Shown here: positions 38,151-48,000 of the stretch, one piece after another
Numbering within the stretch: position 1 is the stretch's first letter
Layout of the letters: each line of letters opens with the position of its first letter
Assembly (NCBI GenBank): GCA_016432345.1
Contig: CP066685.1
Span: forward strand, 304,236-368,235
Reading direction: 5' to 3'
DNA: 64,000 nucleotides
Source of the DNA: Candidatus Levyibacteriota bacterium
Lineage (GTDB): Bacteria; Patescibacteriota; Microgenomatia; Levybacterales; UBA12049
The notes under the pieces: generated by a model
What the model saw: only the letters and a program-made list of their open reading frames with translations
Database searches by the model: none
What the model was told of the DNA's origin: nothing
Translations under genes and position numbers: made by a program

Positions 38151-40520
38151 ATGGAAAAACTAATTCCAATCATTCCAATCCGCGATGGCATCATTTTTCC
38201 CCACACGGATTCAGTTTTAACATTCGGACGACCAAAAAGTTTGTCAGCCCTTGAATCATCGTTTAAACATGAAAGAGTTGTCTGTTTTGTTTTACAAAAA
38301 AACCCGCGGCTTAATGATCCAACATCAGAAGATTTATACGAAATTGGCACACTGTCTAGAATTGAACGAATGATTCGAACCGATGGGGAGATTAACGCCC
38401 AAGTGCGTGGTATTTCTAGAGTTAGAATTCTTTCTTACGAACAACACGCGTCATATCTTTTGGCAAAAGTTGTGGAATTGCCGGATGTTATACAAGACTC
38501 GCCAGAAATTAAGGCGCTTTGCAACCATCTGACAAATGAATTTAGACGGGCTATGAATTTGGGCAAGCCGGCAGACTTTTTGGTGTTTATGAATATTATG
38601 TCAGAGACGTCTCCGGCCGAACTTTCGGATCTTATTGCTTCTGTTTTGGATTTAAAACCGATAGAAAGGCAGGGATTATTAGAAGAAACAGATGTCAAAA
38701 CAAGATTGGAGAAAATTACCGAATTTTTGGCTCGAGAAATAAAAGTGCTGGAATTAGAACGCCGAATTGCCTCCAAAACCCAGGAAAGGTTTGAAAAAGG
38801 GGCTAGGGAGGCAATGTTGCGCGAACGGCTTAAAACCATCGAAAAAGAGCTGGGAGACGAAGATACTGGGGAAATAAAAGAGATGATGGACAAAGTTAAT
38901 AAAATTGGCATGCCCGATGATGTCAAAGAAAAGGTAAAAAAAGAAATTCGAAAACTGGGACAAATGAATCAGTTTAATCCAGAAGCAGGTTATATTCGAA
39001 ATTATGTTGACTGGTTGGTAAGCCTGCCCTGGAGCAAAAAAAGTGAAAATAATGTTGATATTAAAACTGCCGAGAAAATTTTGGATGAAGACCACTTTGG
39101 ACTAAAAAAAATTAAAGAGCGAATCGTCGAATACCTGGCGGTTCATAAGCTGGCTGGTAAAATGAAAGGGCCAATTTTATGTTTTGTTGGGCCGCCTGGC
39201 GTTGGTAAAACTTCGATTGGAAAATCAATCGCTCGGGCCTTGGGGCGAAAGTTTGTTAGAGTTTCCCTTGGTGGTATTCGCGACGAAGCCGAAATAAGAG
39301 GACACAGACGAACTTACGTTGGCGCCCTGCCAGGGAGAATTATTCAGGGAATTAAAGATGCTGATACTAAAAATCCAGTTTTTATGCTTGATGAAATAGA
39401 TAAAGTTGGCGTAGACTTTCGAGGCGACCCGTCATCTGCGCTTTTGGAAGCATTAGATCCCGAACAAAATAATCAGTTTTCAGACCACTATCTGGAAGTG
39501 CCGTTTGATTTGTCCGATGTGATGTTTGTTACTACAGCTAATATCTTAGATACTATTCCGCCTGCTCTGCGCGACCGCTTAGAAATTATTCATTTTGCAG
39601 GTTACACATTAGATGAAAAGTTTAATATTGGGGGAAGATATTTGCTTAAAAAGCAAATGGAAGCGCATGGACTTAGCAGTGATAATGTGTTTATTACCGA
39701 CGAGGCCTTGCGCTATCTTATAGAACGCTATACGCGAGAAGCTGGAGTTAGGAGTCTTGAGCGACAGATAGCAGCCCTTTTTAGAAAAGTGGCAAAACTG
39801 GTGGCTGATGGCCAAAAAACAAAAACAGTTGTAACGCCAAAAAACATCGCCGCGTTTTTAGGTCCGGCAAAATATAATGCAACAATGGTCGAGAAAAAGG
39901 ACGAAGTTGGTATGTCAACAGGTCTGGCCTGGACAGAAGCAGGCGGAGATATTTTGTTTATCGAAGTAGCTTTGATGCCAGGAAAAGGAAGTCTTATCCT
40001 AACAGGCCAGTTGGGAGATGTTATGAAAGAATCTTGTCAAGCAGCAATGTCTTATATTCGCTCACGCGCGCAGACTTTGGGGCTTTCCGATAAATTTTAT
40101 CAAAAGCTTGATGTGCATATTCATGTGCCGGAGGGCGCGGTGCCCAAAGATGGTCCATCAGCCGGTATTGCCATCACCACTGCCATTGCCTCGGCCCTAA
40201 CAAAGATTCCGGTTAAACGGACAGTTGGTATGACTGGCGAGGTAACGCTTAGGGGCCGGGTTTTAGAAATTGGCGGACTTAAAGAAAAAGTTATTGCGGC
40301 TCATAGAGCAGGACTTAAAACAATTCTATTGCCAAAAGACAACCAGAAAGACTTAGAAGATATACCAAAAGAAGTTATTAAGGACTTAAAATTTGTTTTT
40401 GTCTCGCACATGGACGAGGTATTAAACATTGCGTTTGCCAAGCCATTTGTCAAAAAAGAAGAAGTTATAATGTCTTCCCGTCCTATGCTTCACGCCCGCC
40501 AACCCCAACCAGCAGATTAA
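38151..40520 (+). CDS. lon: ATP-dependent Lon protease
   Basis: [34 protein letters not shown]. Confidence 0.98.
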   Translation: MEKLIPIIPIRDGIIFPHTDSVLTFGRPKSLSALESSFKHERVVCFVLQKNPRLNDPTSEDLYEIGTLSRIERMIRTDGEINAQVRGISRVRILSYEQHASYLLAKVVELPDVIQDSPEIKALCNHLTNEFRRAMNLGKPADFLVFMNIMSETSPAELSDLIASVLDLKPIERQGLLEETDVKTRLEKITEFLAREIKVLELERRIASKTQERFEKGAREAMLRERLKTIEKELGDEDTGEIKEMMDKVNKIGMPDDVKEKVKKEIRKLGQMNQFNPEAGYIRNYVDWLVSLPWSKKSENNVDIKTAEKILDEDHFGLKKIKERIVEYLAVHKLAGKMKGPILCFVGPPGVGKTSIGKSIARALGRKFVRVSLGGIRDEAEIRGHRRTYVGALPGRIIQGIKDADTKNPVFMLDEIDKVGVDFRGDPSSALLEALDPEQNNQFSDHYLEVPFDLSDVMFVTTANILDTIPPALRDRLEIIHFAGYTLDEKFNIGGRYLLKKQMEAHGLSSDNVFITDEALRYLIERYTREAGVRSLERQIAALFRKVAKLVADGQKTKTVVTPKNIAAFLGPAKYNATMVEKKDEVGMSTGLAWTEAGGDILFIEVALMPGKGSLILTGQLGDVMKESCQAAMSYIRSRAQTLGLSDKFYQKLDVHIHVPEGAVPKDGPSAGIAITTAIASALTKIPVKRTVGMTGEVTLRGRVLEIGGLKEKVIAAHRAGLKTILLPKDNQKDLEDIPKEVIKDLKFVFVSHMDEVLNIAFAKPFVKKEEVIMSSRPMLHARQPQPAD

Positions 40521-41161
40521 TAGATAACTTTGTAGCGCAAATAGAGTTCGTTTTCGACTATTTCTGTTGACAAAAGTTCTAATTTTACCTCGTCTGGTTC
40601 TAAAAGTAGTCCTTCAACCATTGTTATTGCAAGGTTTTCTGTATTGCCAAATATTCGTGGAGAAATAGTTATAAAAAATTCATCAAGAAGCTTTGCTCGA
40701 AGTAACGATGCAATTACATGCGGTCCACCATCCACAAATACAGCTTTTGCATTTTTTCCTTTAAGGTACTCAACAAGTTCACTTATTTCTTTCTGAAAAA
40801 TAGTTGGGTTATACTCATAGGGATTTTCTAAAATTTTGGTCAGGGTTTCATCGGGGTGTTTGGTCAAAACTAAATATTTAGGAGTTCCAACTTTCCCATT
40901 TTTCTCCCGCAGTTTTTTAAATTCATCGCTATGTATAGTATCTATGGTATATTTAGCAAATCGAATGGCGGTATTTTTGCCATCAATTATGACATCCGCA
41001 TATGACCGAAGGTAGGTAAAAGTCTCGTAATCAGTTTTACTGGCAATTGGCCAGTAACCCTTTTTATTAATGTAAACTTTCCCATCAATGGTTTGGGCAA
41101 AGCTGGTGTAAAAAAAGGGGCGATTAGCTAGTTTTGGCAGGGAGAGGTTTTTATATGGCAT
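40517..41161 (-). CDS. RibD C-terminal (pyrimidine reductase/DHFR-like) domain protein
   Basis: [36 protein letters not shown]; start reset to 41161. Confidence 0.8.
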   Translation of the reverse strand: MPYKNLSLPKLANRPFFYTSFAQTIDGKVYINKKGYWPIASKTDYETFTYLRSYADVIIDGKNTAIRFAKYTIDTIHSDEFKKLREKNGKVGTPKYLVLTKHPDETLTKILENPYEYNPTIFQKEISELVEYLKGKNAKAVFVDGGPHVIASLLRAKLLDEFFITISPRIFGNTENLAITMVEGLLLEPDEVKLELLSTEIVENELYLRYKVIY

Positions 41162-41162
41162 G

Positions 41163-41816
41163 TTACTTTTTGTCAGTTTTAAGCCAGTTAACACCAAGGT
41201 ACACAAATGGTGTTTCGATAACAGACATAAAGGATTTTAAGAGCCAGTAGGGAATAATTAGGCTAACTAAAAATCCTATGTTGTCGCCAAAGCCTTTATC
41301 AAATGCGTAGAATGCGAGAAAAATAAATACGGTTGAATCGACAAGTTGGGAGATAAAGTTAGAGGTATTGTTTCGAAACCACAATGCTTTTTCGCCTAAG
41401 CTTTCTCGAATTTTAACAAATAGCAAAACATCTAAAAAGTCGGCAATAGCAAAGGCAGTAAGACTGGCCGCGGAAATTCTGGCGGTTAACCCAAAAATTA
41501 TGTCATAGGTTGTTTCTTTAGTCATAAAGCGAAGAGACGGCGGAAGACTGACTGCCAGAAGTGAAAATAAAAGTATTAAAACTATGACAGCAAGTCCAGA
41601 TCTAATAATGCTTCGCATGCGCTCTGCTCCAAACACTTCGGTAATAATATCGTTAATCGAAAAAATAACTGGTACAACAAAAAGCGCCACACTGGCATTC
41701 AGTGGATACGATCCAATATTTAAGATATGAAATGTTTTGCCGCCCATAAGCTCGGAAACAGCTATGCAGAAAATATAAATGGAGATTAAAAGATCAAGTT
41801 TTTGAATCTTAAACAT
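41163..41816 (-). CDS. Queuosine precursor transporter (YhhQ/VUT family)
   Basis: DIITEVFG, RISAASL, WFRNNTS, SQLVDSTVF. Confidence 0.9.
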   Translation of the reverse strand: MFKIQKLDLLISIYIFCIAVSELMGGKTFHILNIGSYPLNASVALFVVPVIFSINDIITEVFGAERMRSIIRSGLAVIVLILLFSLLAVSLPPSLRFMTKETTYDIIFGLTARISAASLTAFAIADFLDVLLFVKIRESLGEKALWFRNNTSNFISQLVDSTVFIFLAFYAFDKGFGDNIGFLVSLIIPYWLLKSFMSVIETPFVYLGVNWLKTDKK

Positions 41817-41904
41817 TATTTTTTTCGGCAGCAAGGTTGAGTATATCGTGTTACTTTTTTAAAGTCAATACATGGTATATTATAGATATTATATTTAGTT
41901 TGGT

Positions 41905-42798
41905 ATGAAAAAAAAGAAAACATCTCGTAAAAAGAAAAAATTTTCCAAAAAACTATTATTAATTCCTTTTTTCTTTCTTTTTGTTTTGTTTAGTTTTTCT
42001 GCATTTGCGCGCTGGCAGTTTAGTGAGATTGTTGAATCAAGAAAAACAGACATGGCCAAACTTCCCAAAGGAGTAAAAGCAGTTTTATCGGCAAGTTCCT
42101 CTGCCGCGTTTCGCGTGCCAATACTTATGTATCATTATATTGAGTATGTTAAGGATAAAAATGATACTATTAGACAATCACTTACGATTTCTCCCCGCGT
42201 ATTTGATTTGCAAATAAAAACATTAAAAGACGATGGTTATACCTTTATGACCGTATCTGAGCTTGCCATAGTTTTGGATGGAAAACGGGAGCTGCCGCAA
42301 AAACCAATTCTTCTTACTATCGATGACGGACACTGGGATTTATATACCGATATATTGCCAATTCTAAAAAAATACCATGTCAAGGCAACGGCATATATTA
42401 TTTCTGGATTGATTGGCGGATCCGATTTTTTAAGCAAAGAGCAATTGGAAAAAGTTATTCAAAGCGGGTTAGTTGAAATAGGCGCTCATACTGTCCATCA
42501 TGTTGGTTTGGCTTACAAACTTTTGCCTGTTGCAGAGTACGAAGTTAAGACGAGCAAGAAACAGCTTGAAGAGACATATCAGATTCCCGTTGTTTCTTTT
42601 GCCTATCCAGGCGGATCATTTGATGTTCAAGCGGAAAATGTTGTAAAAGAGGCAGGGTTTAGTCTTGCGCTATCAACAATTCCAGGTATCAAGCAGAGTC
42701 AAGAAAATAGGTTTTTCCTGTATCGTATTCGGCCAGGCTACCGAACAGGCAAAGATTTGCTAACGTATCTTCAGCAAGACCGCTTCCGACCGTGGTAA
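41905..42798 (+). CDS. Polysaccharide deacetylase (CE4)
   Basis: PILMYH, LTIDDG, IGAHTVHH, FAYPGG. Confidence 0.92.
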   Translation: MKKKKTSRKKKKFSKKLLLIPFFFLFVLFSFSAFARWQFSEIVESRKTDMAKLPKGVKAVLSASSSAAFRVPILMYHYIEYVKDKNDTIRQSLTISPRVFDLQIKTLKDDGYTFMTVSELAIVLDGKRELPQKPILLTIDDGHWDLYTDILPILKKYHVKATAYIISGLIGGSDFLSKEQLEKVIQSGLVEIGAHTVHHVGLAYKLLPVAEYEVKTSKKQLEETYQIPVVSFAYPGGSFDVQAENVVKEAGFSLALSTIPGIKQSQENRFFLYRIRPGYRTGKDLLTYLQQDRFRPW

Positions 42799-42807
42799 GC
42801 ATATAAG

Positions 42808-42881
42808 TACCCCCGACCGGATTCGAACCGGTGATCTTCTGGATGAGAACCAGATATCCTAAACCGCTAGACGACGGGGGC
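42808..42881 (-). tRNA. tRNA-Glu(CTC), CCA not encoded
   Basis: GCCCCCG/CGGGGGT acceptor stem, TCTGG-TT-CTC-AT-CCAGA anticodon arm, GGTTCGAATCC T-arm. Confidence 0.96.
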
Positions 42882-42947
42882 AAAAAACAATTCTATTTTA
42901 CTTCAAATCCACCTTTTGAGCAATAAAAGGTTTATATAAACCAAGGG

Positions 42948-44267
42948 TTATTCATATTTATGTAAAAAAGAGTTAAATACAGAACAGATATATTGGATGT
43001 GTTTTTCTTCTATACCTGGGTACAGACCAATAAAAAAAGTATTAGTAAATGTTAGGTTGGAATTTTCTAAACTTCCTATTTTTCGGTGTTTAATATTTTT
43101 ATATCCAGGTTGCCTTAAGATATTTCCAGCAAAAATTGGCCTGGTTTGTATCATATGATTTTCTATATAATTGGTAATGTAGAATCTGTCAAAAGGAGAA
43201 TCTTGTCTAATGGTTAATGGATAAGCAAACCAACTAGGATCTGATTTAGGCATAGCTTTGGGTAAAACAAAGTATTTTTCATATTTTTTAAAAAAAATTG
43301 AGTAAAAACCAAAGTTTCTTTTTCTAACTTTTATGAAATCAGCAGCTTTTTTTAGTTGTATTCGGCCCATGGCCGCCTGTATTTCGACTGGTTTTAAGTT
43401 ATACCCAATTTGGGAAAATATATATTTATGATCGTAAGGAATGTTGTCAATTTTAAACTTGAATCTTACTCCGCAAGTTCCATTTGGACCACTTTCAGCT
43501 GCGCCGCACCAGCAGGCCCTGCCCCATTCGCGAAGTGATTGAGTGATTTTTTGGAGTCTTAAATCATTTAAAAAAACTGCCCCGCCTTCACCTGCTGTAG
43601 TTATATGATGCGCAGGATAAAAAGACTGCGCCGCCATTATCCCAAAAGAGCCAGTTTTTTTACCGTTGTAGGTTGATCCAAAAGCATCACAATTATCTTC
43701 GATCACAAATAAATTATTATTGTTTGCAATATCCATTATTGCATCCATATCGTTAGGATTTCCTAGCGTATGAACAAGAAGTATTAGTCTTGTTTTTTTG
43801 CTGATGGCTTTTTTTATATCTTCTGCTTTTGGATTTAGCGTCTCCAAATCTATATCTACAAAAACTGGTTTTAGCCGGTGATGAACAAGGGCAGCAACTA
43901 CCGAGGGAAAGGTACAGGCGGGGGTAATTACCTCGTCTCCTGGATTTAAATGATTGGTAAATTGATAAGACATTAAAGAAGCAATTGCCAAAAGGTCTGC
44001 TGAAGAGCCGGAGTTAACTAAATATGTTCGTTTGGCTCCGATATAATCGGAAAGCTCTTTTTCTAACAACTCCCCTTCTGTTCCCAAACCAAACCATCCT
44101 TTTAACATTACATCAACCATGGCGTTTAAATCTTCTTCGTCGTAAACTGCGCCGGCATATCTTATGAGTGTTTTTCCTGGAATAAATTTGGAAGTGTTAG
44201 TTAAATGAAGATATTGTTTAACAAGAGCATGAATTTTTGACTTTATAGCTTCATTATTTTCATTCAT
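42948..44267 (-). CDS. rfbH: RfbH/DdhC-like NDP-4-keto-6-deoxyhexose 3-dehydratase (DegT family)
   Basis: NSGSSA, EDNCDA, SFYPAHHIT (His at the PLP-Lys site), WGRACWC, YDHKY. Confidence 0.85.
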   Translation of the reverse strand: MNENNEAIKSKIHALVKQYLHLTNTSKFIPGKTLIRYAGAVYDEEDLNAMVDVMLKGWFGLGTEGELLEKELSDYIGAKRTYLVNSGSSADLLAIASLMSYQFTNHLNPGDEVITPACTFPSVVAALVHHRLKPVFVDIDLETLNPKAEDIKKAISKKTRLILLVHTLGNPNDMDAIMDIANNNNLFVIEDNCDAFGSTYNGKKTGSFGIMAAQSFYPAHHITTAGEGGAVFLNDLRLQKITQSLREWGRACWCGAAESGPNGTCGVRFKFKIDNIPYDHKYIFSQIGYNLKPVEIQAAMGRIQLKKAADFIKVRKRNFGFYSIFFKKYEKYFVLPKAMPKSDPSWFAYPLTIRQDSPFDRFYITNYIENHMIQTRPIFAGNILRQPGYKNIKHRKIGSLENSNLTFTNTFFIGLYPGIEEKHIQYICSVFNSFLHKYE

Positions 44268-44306
44268 TTATTTTATTTTAAAGATTTTGCTATAATAAAA
44301 CAAGCT

Positions 44307-45245
44307 ATGAAGCATTCTTATCTTGTTACGGGCGGATTTGGTTTAATCGGTTCAACGCTTATTAACTCATTGGATGGCGATGTTGTCATTCTGTCCAGAA
44401 CTAGAAAAAATGAAGAAAGAGTAATAAGGCAGGATGTAAAGATATTACTTAAGGATTTGAATAGCTTAAGAGTAAATGATTTAAAAAATATTGATATAAT
44501 TTATCACTGTGCGGGCACTGTAGATAATTATCATGTGTTGACCGATCCATATATTGACGTTAAAACTAATATTAACGGGACTATTAATCTTTTAGAATGT
44601 TGCAGAAAATTGCAAATTCCCCCCAAAATAATATGTCTGTCAACTTTTTTTGTGTATGGAAACGAGTACACAAGGACCAAAAATCCAATTAACGAAGATT
44701 CAAAAACAGATCCTTTGGCTTTATATCCAATCACAAAACTAGCTTCGGAAAGCATAATTAAACTATATTCAAGGTTATTTAACATTCCTTATTTAATTTG
44801 TCGTCTGACAAATGTTTATGGAGAAAAGGAAGATTTTTCAAATAGCAAAAAGGGCGCTCTTAATTTTTTGATTATGAAAGCAATCAAGGGAGAAAAAATT
44901 AATGTGTATAGCGGTGGAGAATATTATAGAGATTATATTTTTGTTAAGGATGTTGTTTCGGCTTTACAATTTCTAGAAGAGAAATCAGTTAATGATACCT
45001 TTTTGATTGGATATGGCAAGCCCATCCTTTTTAAGGATATAATTTCTTATTTACATCAATTAACCGATAAAAAATCCGAAATTGGCCAGATTGATCCGCC
45101 AGAATTCCATAAAATTGTCGGTATAACAGATTTTATTGCAGATACATCTAAAATAAATTCATTGGGATGGTTTCCATCCATTGATTATAAAGAAGGATTA
45201 AAAATCATAGTTGAAAGATATAAGAGCTTGCTTAAACACAGATGA
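44307..45245 (+). CDS. NAD-dependent epimerase/dehydratase
   Basis: VTGGFGLIG, YPITK, RLTNVYG, RDYIFV. Confidence 0.9.
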   Translation: MKHSYLVTGGFGLIGSTLINSLDGDVVILSRTRKNEERVIRQDVKILLKDLNSLRVNDLKNIDIIYHCAGTVDNYHVLTDPYIDVKTNINGTINLLECCRKLQIPPKIICLSTFFVYGNEYTRTKNPINEDSKTDPLALYPITKLASESIIKLYSRLFNIPYLICRLTNVYGEKEDFSNSKKGALNFLIMKAIKGEKINVYSGGEYYRDYIFVKDVVSALQFLEEKSVNDTFLIGYGKPILFKDIISYLHQLTDKKSEIGQIDPPEFHKIVGITDFIADTSKINSLGWFPSIDYKEGLKIIVERYKSLLKHR

Positions 45246-45970
45246 AAACAAATATTTTTGTAGTAATGCCTGCATACAATGCCGCCAAAACTTTAGACAA
45301 GGTTTATAATCAAATCCCCAAAGGTATTATTGATAAGATATTGTTAATAGATGATGGTTCCAAAGATGAAACTGTAAGTATGGCAAAAAAATTAGGTATT
45401 CAAACAATTGTACACGAGAAAAATCTTGGATACGGAGGAAACCAAAAAACCTGCTATGATACAGCTTTAAAACTTGGAGCAGAGTATGTGATTATGCTTC
45501 ATCCAGATGGTCAATATAATGGAGCGGATTTACCGTTGTTTGTTAAGGCGCTAATGCAAAAAGAAGGAGATCTTATTTTGGGCTCGAGATTTTTAGGTAA
45601 GCAGCATGGTACTCCATTTTATAAGGCAATCTCAATTAAATTTTTAACTTTTTTGTTTAATCTAGTTTTAGACACTCATCTCACAGAAGCAAATACAGGA
45701 TATAGAGGATTTAGTAAAAATTTTTTAGAAAATATTCCTTACCGCAAGAATGGTAATGGTTATATTTTTGATCCACAAGTTATTATCCAGGCAGTTTATT
45801 TTGGTTTTAAAATATCGGAAGTATCGGTGGCAAAAGATTATTTAAAGGAAGCAAGCTCTCCAAATTTTTATCAATCTGTAAAACATGGATTAGAAAACAT
45901 TAAACTTCTTGCTCAATATCTGCTTCACATATTGCGCTTTAAGAAAATAGCTTTTTTGTCTAGCGCTTAA
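45242..45970 (+). CDS. GT2 glycosyltransferase
   Basis: MPAYNA, DDGSKD, GYGGNQK, HPDGQY. Confidence 0.9.
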   Translation: MKTNIFVVMPAYNAAKTLDKVYNQIPKGIIDKILLIDDGSKDETVSMAKKLGIQTIVHEKNLGYGGNQKTCYDTALKLGAEYVIMLHPDGQYNGADLPLFVKALMQKEGDLILGSRFLGKQHGTPFYKAISIKFLTFLFNLVLDTHLTEANTGYRGFSKNFLENIPYRKNGNGYIFDPQVIIQAVYFGFKISEVSVAKDYLKEASSPNFYQSVKHGLENIKLLAQYLLHILRFKKIAFLSSA

Positions 45971-46018
45971 GTAGCGCAGTTTGTATGCGGGATCACTTTC
46001 TTGTATAATTTTTCTTAC

Positions 46019-46774
46019 ATGTTGAAACCGTTTATTTCCGTTGTTATACCCTCTTACGATGAGATGGCAAATTTGCAAAAGGGAGTTTTAGATAAAGTTG
46101 CTCATTTTTTGGATAAAAAAAAGTACAGCTATGAGGTTATCATTGTTGATGATGGTTCAACAGATGGGAGTGTTGTATTTGTCCAAGAGTTTGTAAAAGA
46201 AAATCCATGTTTTAAACTGATAAAAAATCAACATGCTGGAAAAGCTGGAGCAGTAACCTCAGGTGTGCTTTTAGCAAGCGGTAAATATATTTTATTTACC
46301 GACATGGATCAGGCAACGCCTATCGAGGAGGTCGAAAATCTTTTGCCTTATTTTAATGAAGGTTTTGATATTGTTATCGGTTCTCGAAGTACGAAAAGAA
46401 AAGGCTCGCCCTGGACACGTGTTGTTATGGCTCGGGGTATGATAATTCTTAGGACTGTATTTATTGGTTTAACAGGTATTACCGATACGCAATGTGGATT
46501 TAAAATGTTTAAAAAAGATGTTGCCAAAAAACTTTTTACCAAAATTCAAAAGCTGCACAATGGATTTTCACAAATTTCAGGATCCAATGTGGCGGCGGGT
46601 TTTGATGTGGAGCTTTTGTATCTTGCTCAAAAAATGAAATTTAAGATAAAAGAGGTTTTTGTAAACTGGCTGTATGTGGAAACCCGTCGGGTTAATCCGC
46701 TTACAGATTCCATCGAGGGTTTTTTTGATCTTCTTCGCATCAAACAAAACGACCTGCAGGGAAAATACAAATAA
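46019..46774 (+). CDS. GT2 polyprenyl-phosphate glucosyltransferase-like
   Basis: VDDGSTD, FTDMDQATP, DTQCGFK, FDVE; start reset to ATG 46019. Confidence 0.9.
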   Translation: MLKPFISVVIPSYDEMANLQKGVLDKVAHFLDKKKYSYEVIIVDDGSTDGSVVFVQEFVKENPCFKLIKNQHAGKAGAVTSGVLLASGKYILFTDMDQATPIEEVENLLPYFNEGFDIVIGSRSTKRKGSPWTRVVMARGMIILRTVFIGLTGITDTQCGFKMFKKDVAKKLFTKIQKLHNGFSQISGSNVAAGFDVELLYLAQKMKFKIKEVFVNWLYVETRRVNPLTDSIEGFFDLLRIKQNDLQGKYK

Positions 46775-46778
46775 ATCC

Positions 46779-47996
46779 ATGCGAATTTTCAATTTTCAAT
46801 TTTCAATTTTCAATTTTCTTGCGATATGTTATACAACAGTAATTCTTAGTTTGTTCTTTTTTTCCTTCACCCAGGTAGATTTAGGCCTAACACTTAGTCA
46901 ATGGTCTGTTTGGCAGGAATTTCAAAAATTTTTCCAAACTATTGGTTATTTTCAGCGGCCATTTTCAACCGTCTGGTATACTTTTTTGCTCATTTTTCTA
47001 TTTGGTTTTTACTTTGCCTTTTTATATTTAGCCCAAAAAAAATTACTTACAGAAAAGCAAATTACAATACTTATTTTGTTAACAAGCGCAATCTTATTTT
47101 TTTCCTACAACGCCTTTTCTTACGATTTATTTAATTACATTTTCGATGTAAAAATTGTTACGTTTTATCATCAAAATCCCTATACGCATCGGGCGCTTGA
47201 TTATATGGGTAATCCCATGCTTGGTTTTATGCATTGGACACAGCGGACTTATCCGTATGGACCCTTTTGGCTTTTGGTAACAATTCCTTTTGGTCTTCTT
47301 GATGGTTTTAGGCTACTGCTTCCCACGATGATGCTTTTTAAGGGACTGGCGTTTATTAGTTATTTAGGAACAGTACTTTTTTTAAAAAAGATTTTAGACA
47401 AAGTTTCTCCAAAAGACGCATTATTCGGCATAGTATTTTTTGCTTTTAATCCGCTTGTGTTAATCGAAAGTTTAGTATCAGCTCACAATGATATTTTTAT
47501 GATGTTCCTGTCTGTTTGGGCTTTTAAGCTCTTATTGGACAAAAAATATTTTCGTTCATTTTTATTACTTGTTTTATCAATAGGCGTAAAGTTTGCCACA
47601 GTATTTCTTATACCCGTTTTTTTACTAATTGGCTTTTTACTTTTTAAACAAAAAAAGATTAATTGGAATTTAATCTTTTTAATAATTACGCTGTTTATGA
47701 TTTTTCCCGTTGTCGTTGCTAGTGTTCGGACCAATTTTCAACCATGGTATCTTTTGTATATTTTGCCATTTGTGTCATTTCTTGCCAAAAAGTATTTCAT
47801 ACTCATTCCATCGGTTGTAATCTCTCTTTTTGCTCTGTTTGAATACGCGCCATTTTTATATACTGGTAATTGGAATTCACCAATTCCAGTACTTCTCGAA
47901 ACAATCAGATTTGTTGGTATTGGGATTTCGGCTTTTTTGGTAGTCATATGGTTTATACGAAATCGCTTTTTGGTAAGGCATAACGTGTTACAATAA
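46779..47996 (+). CDS. GT-C membrane glycosyltransferase (MptB/GT87-like)
   Basis: SYDLFNY, NPY, YPYGP, AHND, QPWY; start reset to ATG 46779. Confidence 0.75.
   Translation: MRIFNFQFSIFNFLAICYTTVILSLFFFSFTQVDLGLTLSQWSVWQEFQKFFQTIGYFQRPFSTVWYTFLLIFLFGFYFAFLYLAQKKLLTEKQITILILLTSAILFFSYNAFSYDLFNYIFDVKIVTFYHQNPYTHRALDYMGNPMLGFMHWTQRTYPYGPFWLLVTIPFGLLDGFRLLLPTMMLFKGLAFISYLGTVLFLKKILDKVSPKDALFGIVFFAFNPLVLIESLVSAHNDIFMMFLSVWAFKLLLDKKYFRSFLLLVLSIGVKFATVFLIPVFLLIGFLLFKQKKINWNLIFLIITLFMIFPVVVASVRTNFQPWYLLYILPFVSFLAKKYFILIPSVVISLFALFEYAPFLYTGNWNSPIPVLLETIRFVGIGISAFLVVIWFIRNRFLVRHNVLQ
46784..46818 (+). repeat. In-gene heptamer array (AATTTTC)x5
   Basis: Read directly; encodes IFNFQFSIFNF right after the start codon. 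Confidence 0.97.
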
Positions 47997-48000
47997 TCAT

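Noticed and set aside
41817..41868. preQ1 riboswitch upstream of the queuosine transporter
   Set aside because: The predicted leader is only about 17 nt; it has an A-tract but no P1 stem or preQ1 loop consensus.
42689..42883. 64-aa minus-strand ORF
   Set aside because: It is a translation of tRNA-Glu and the antisense end of the deacetylase gene.
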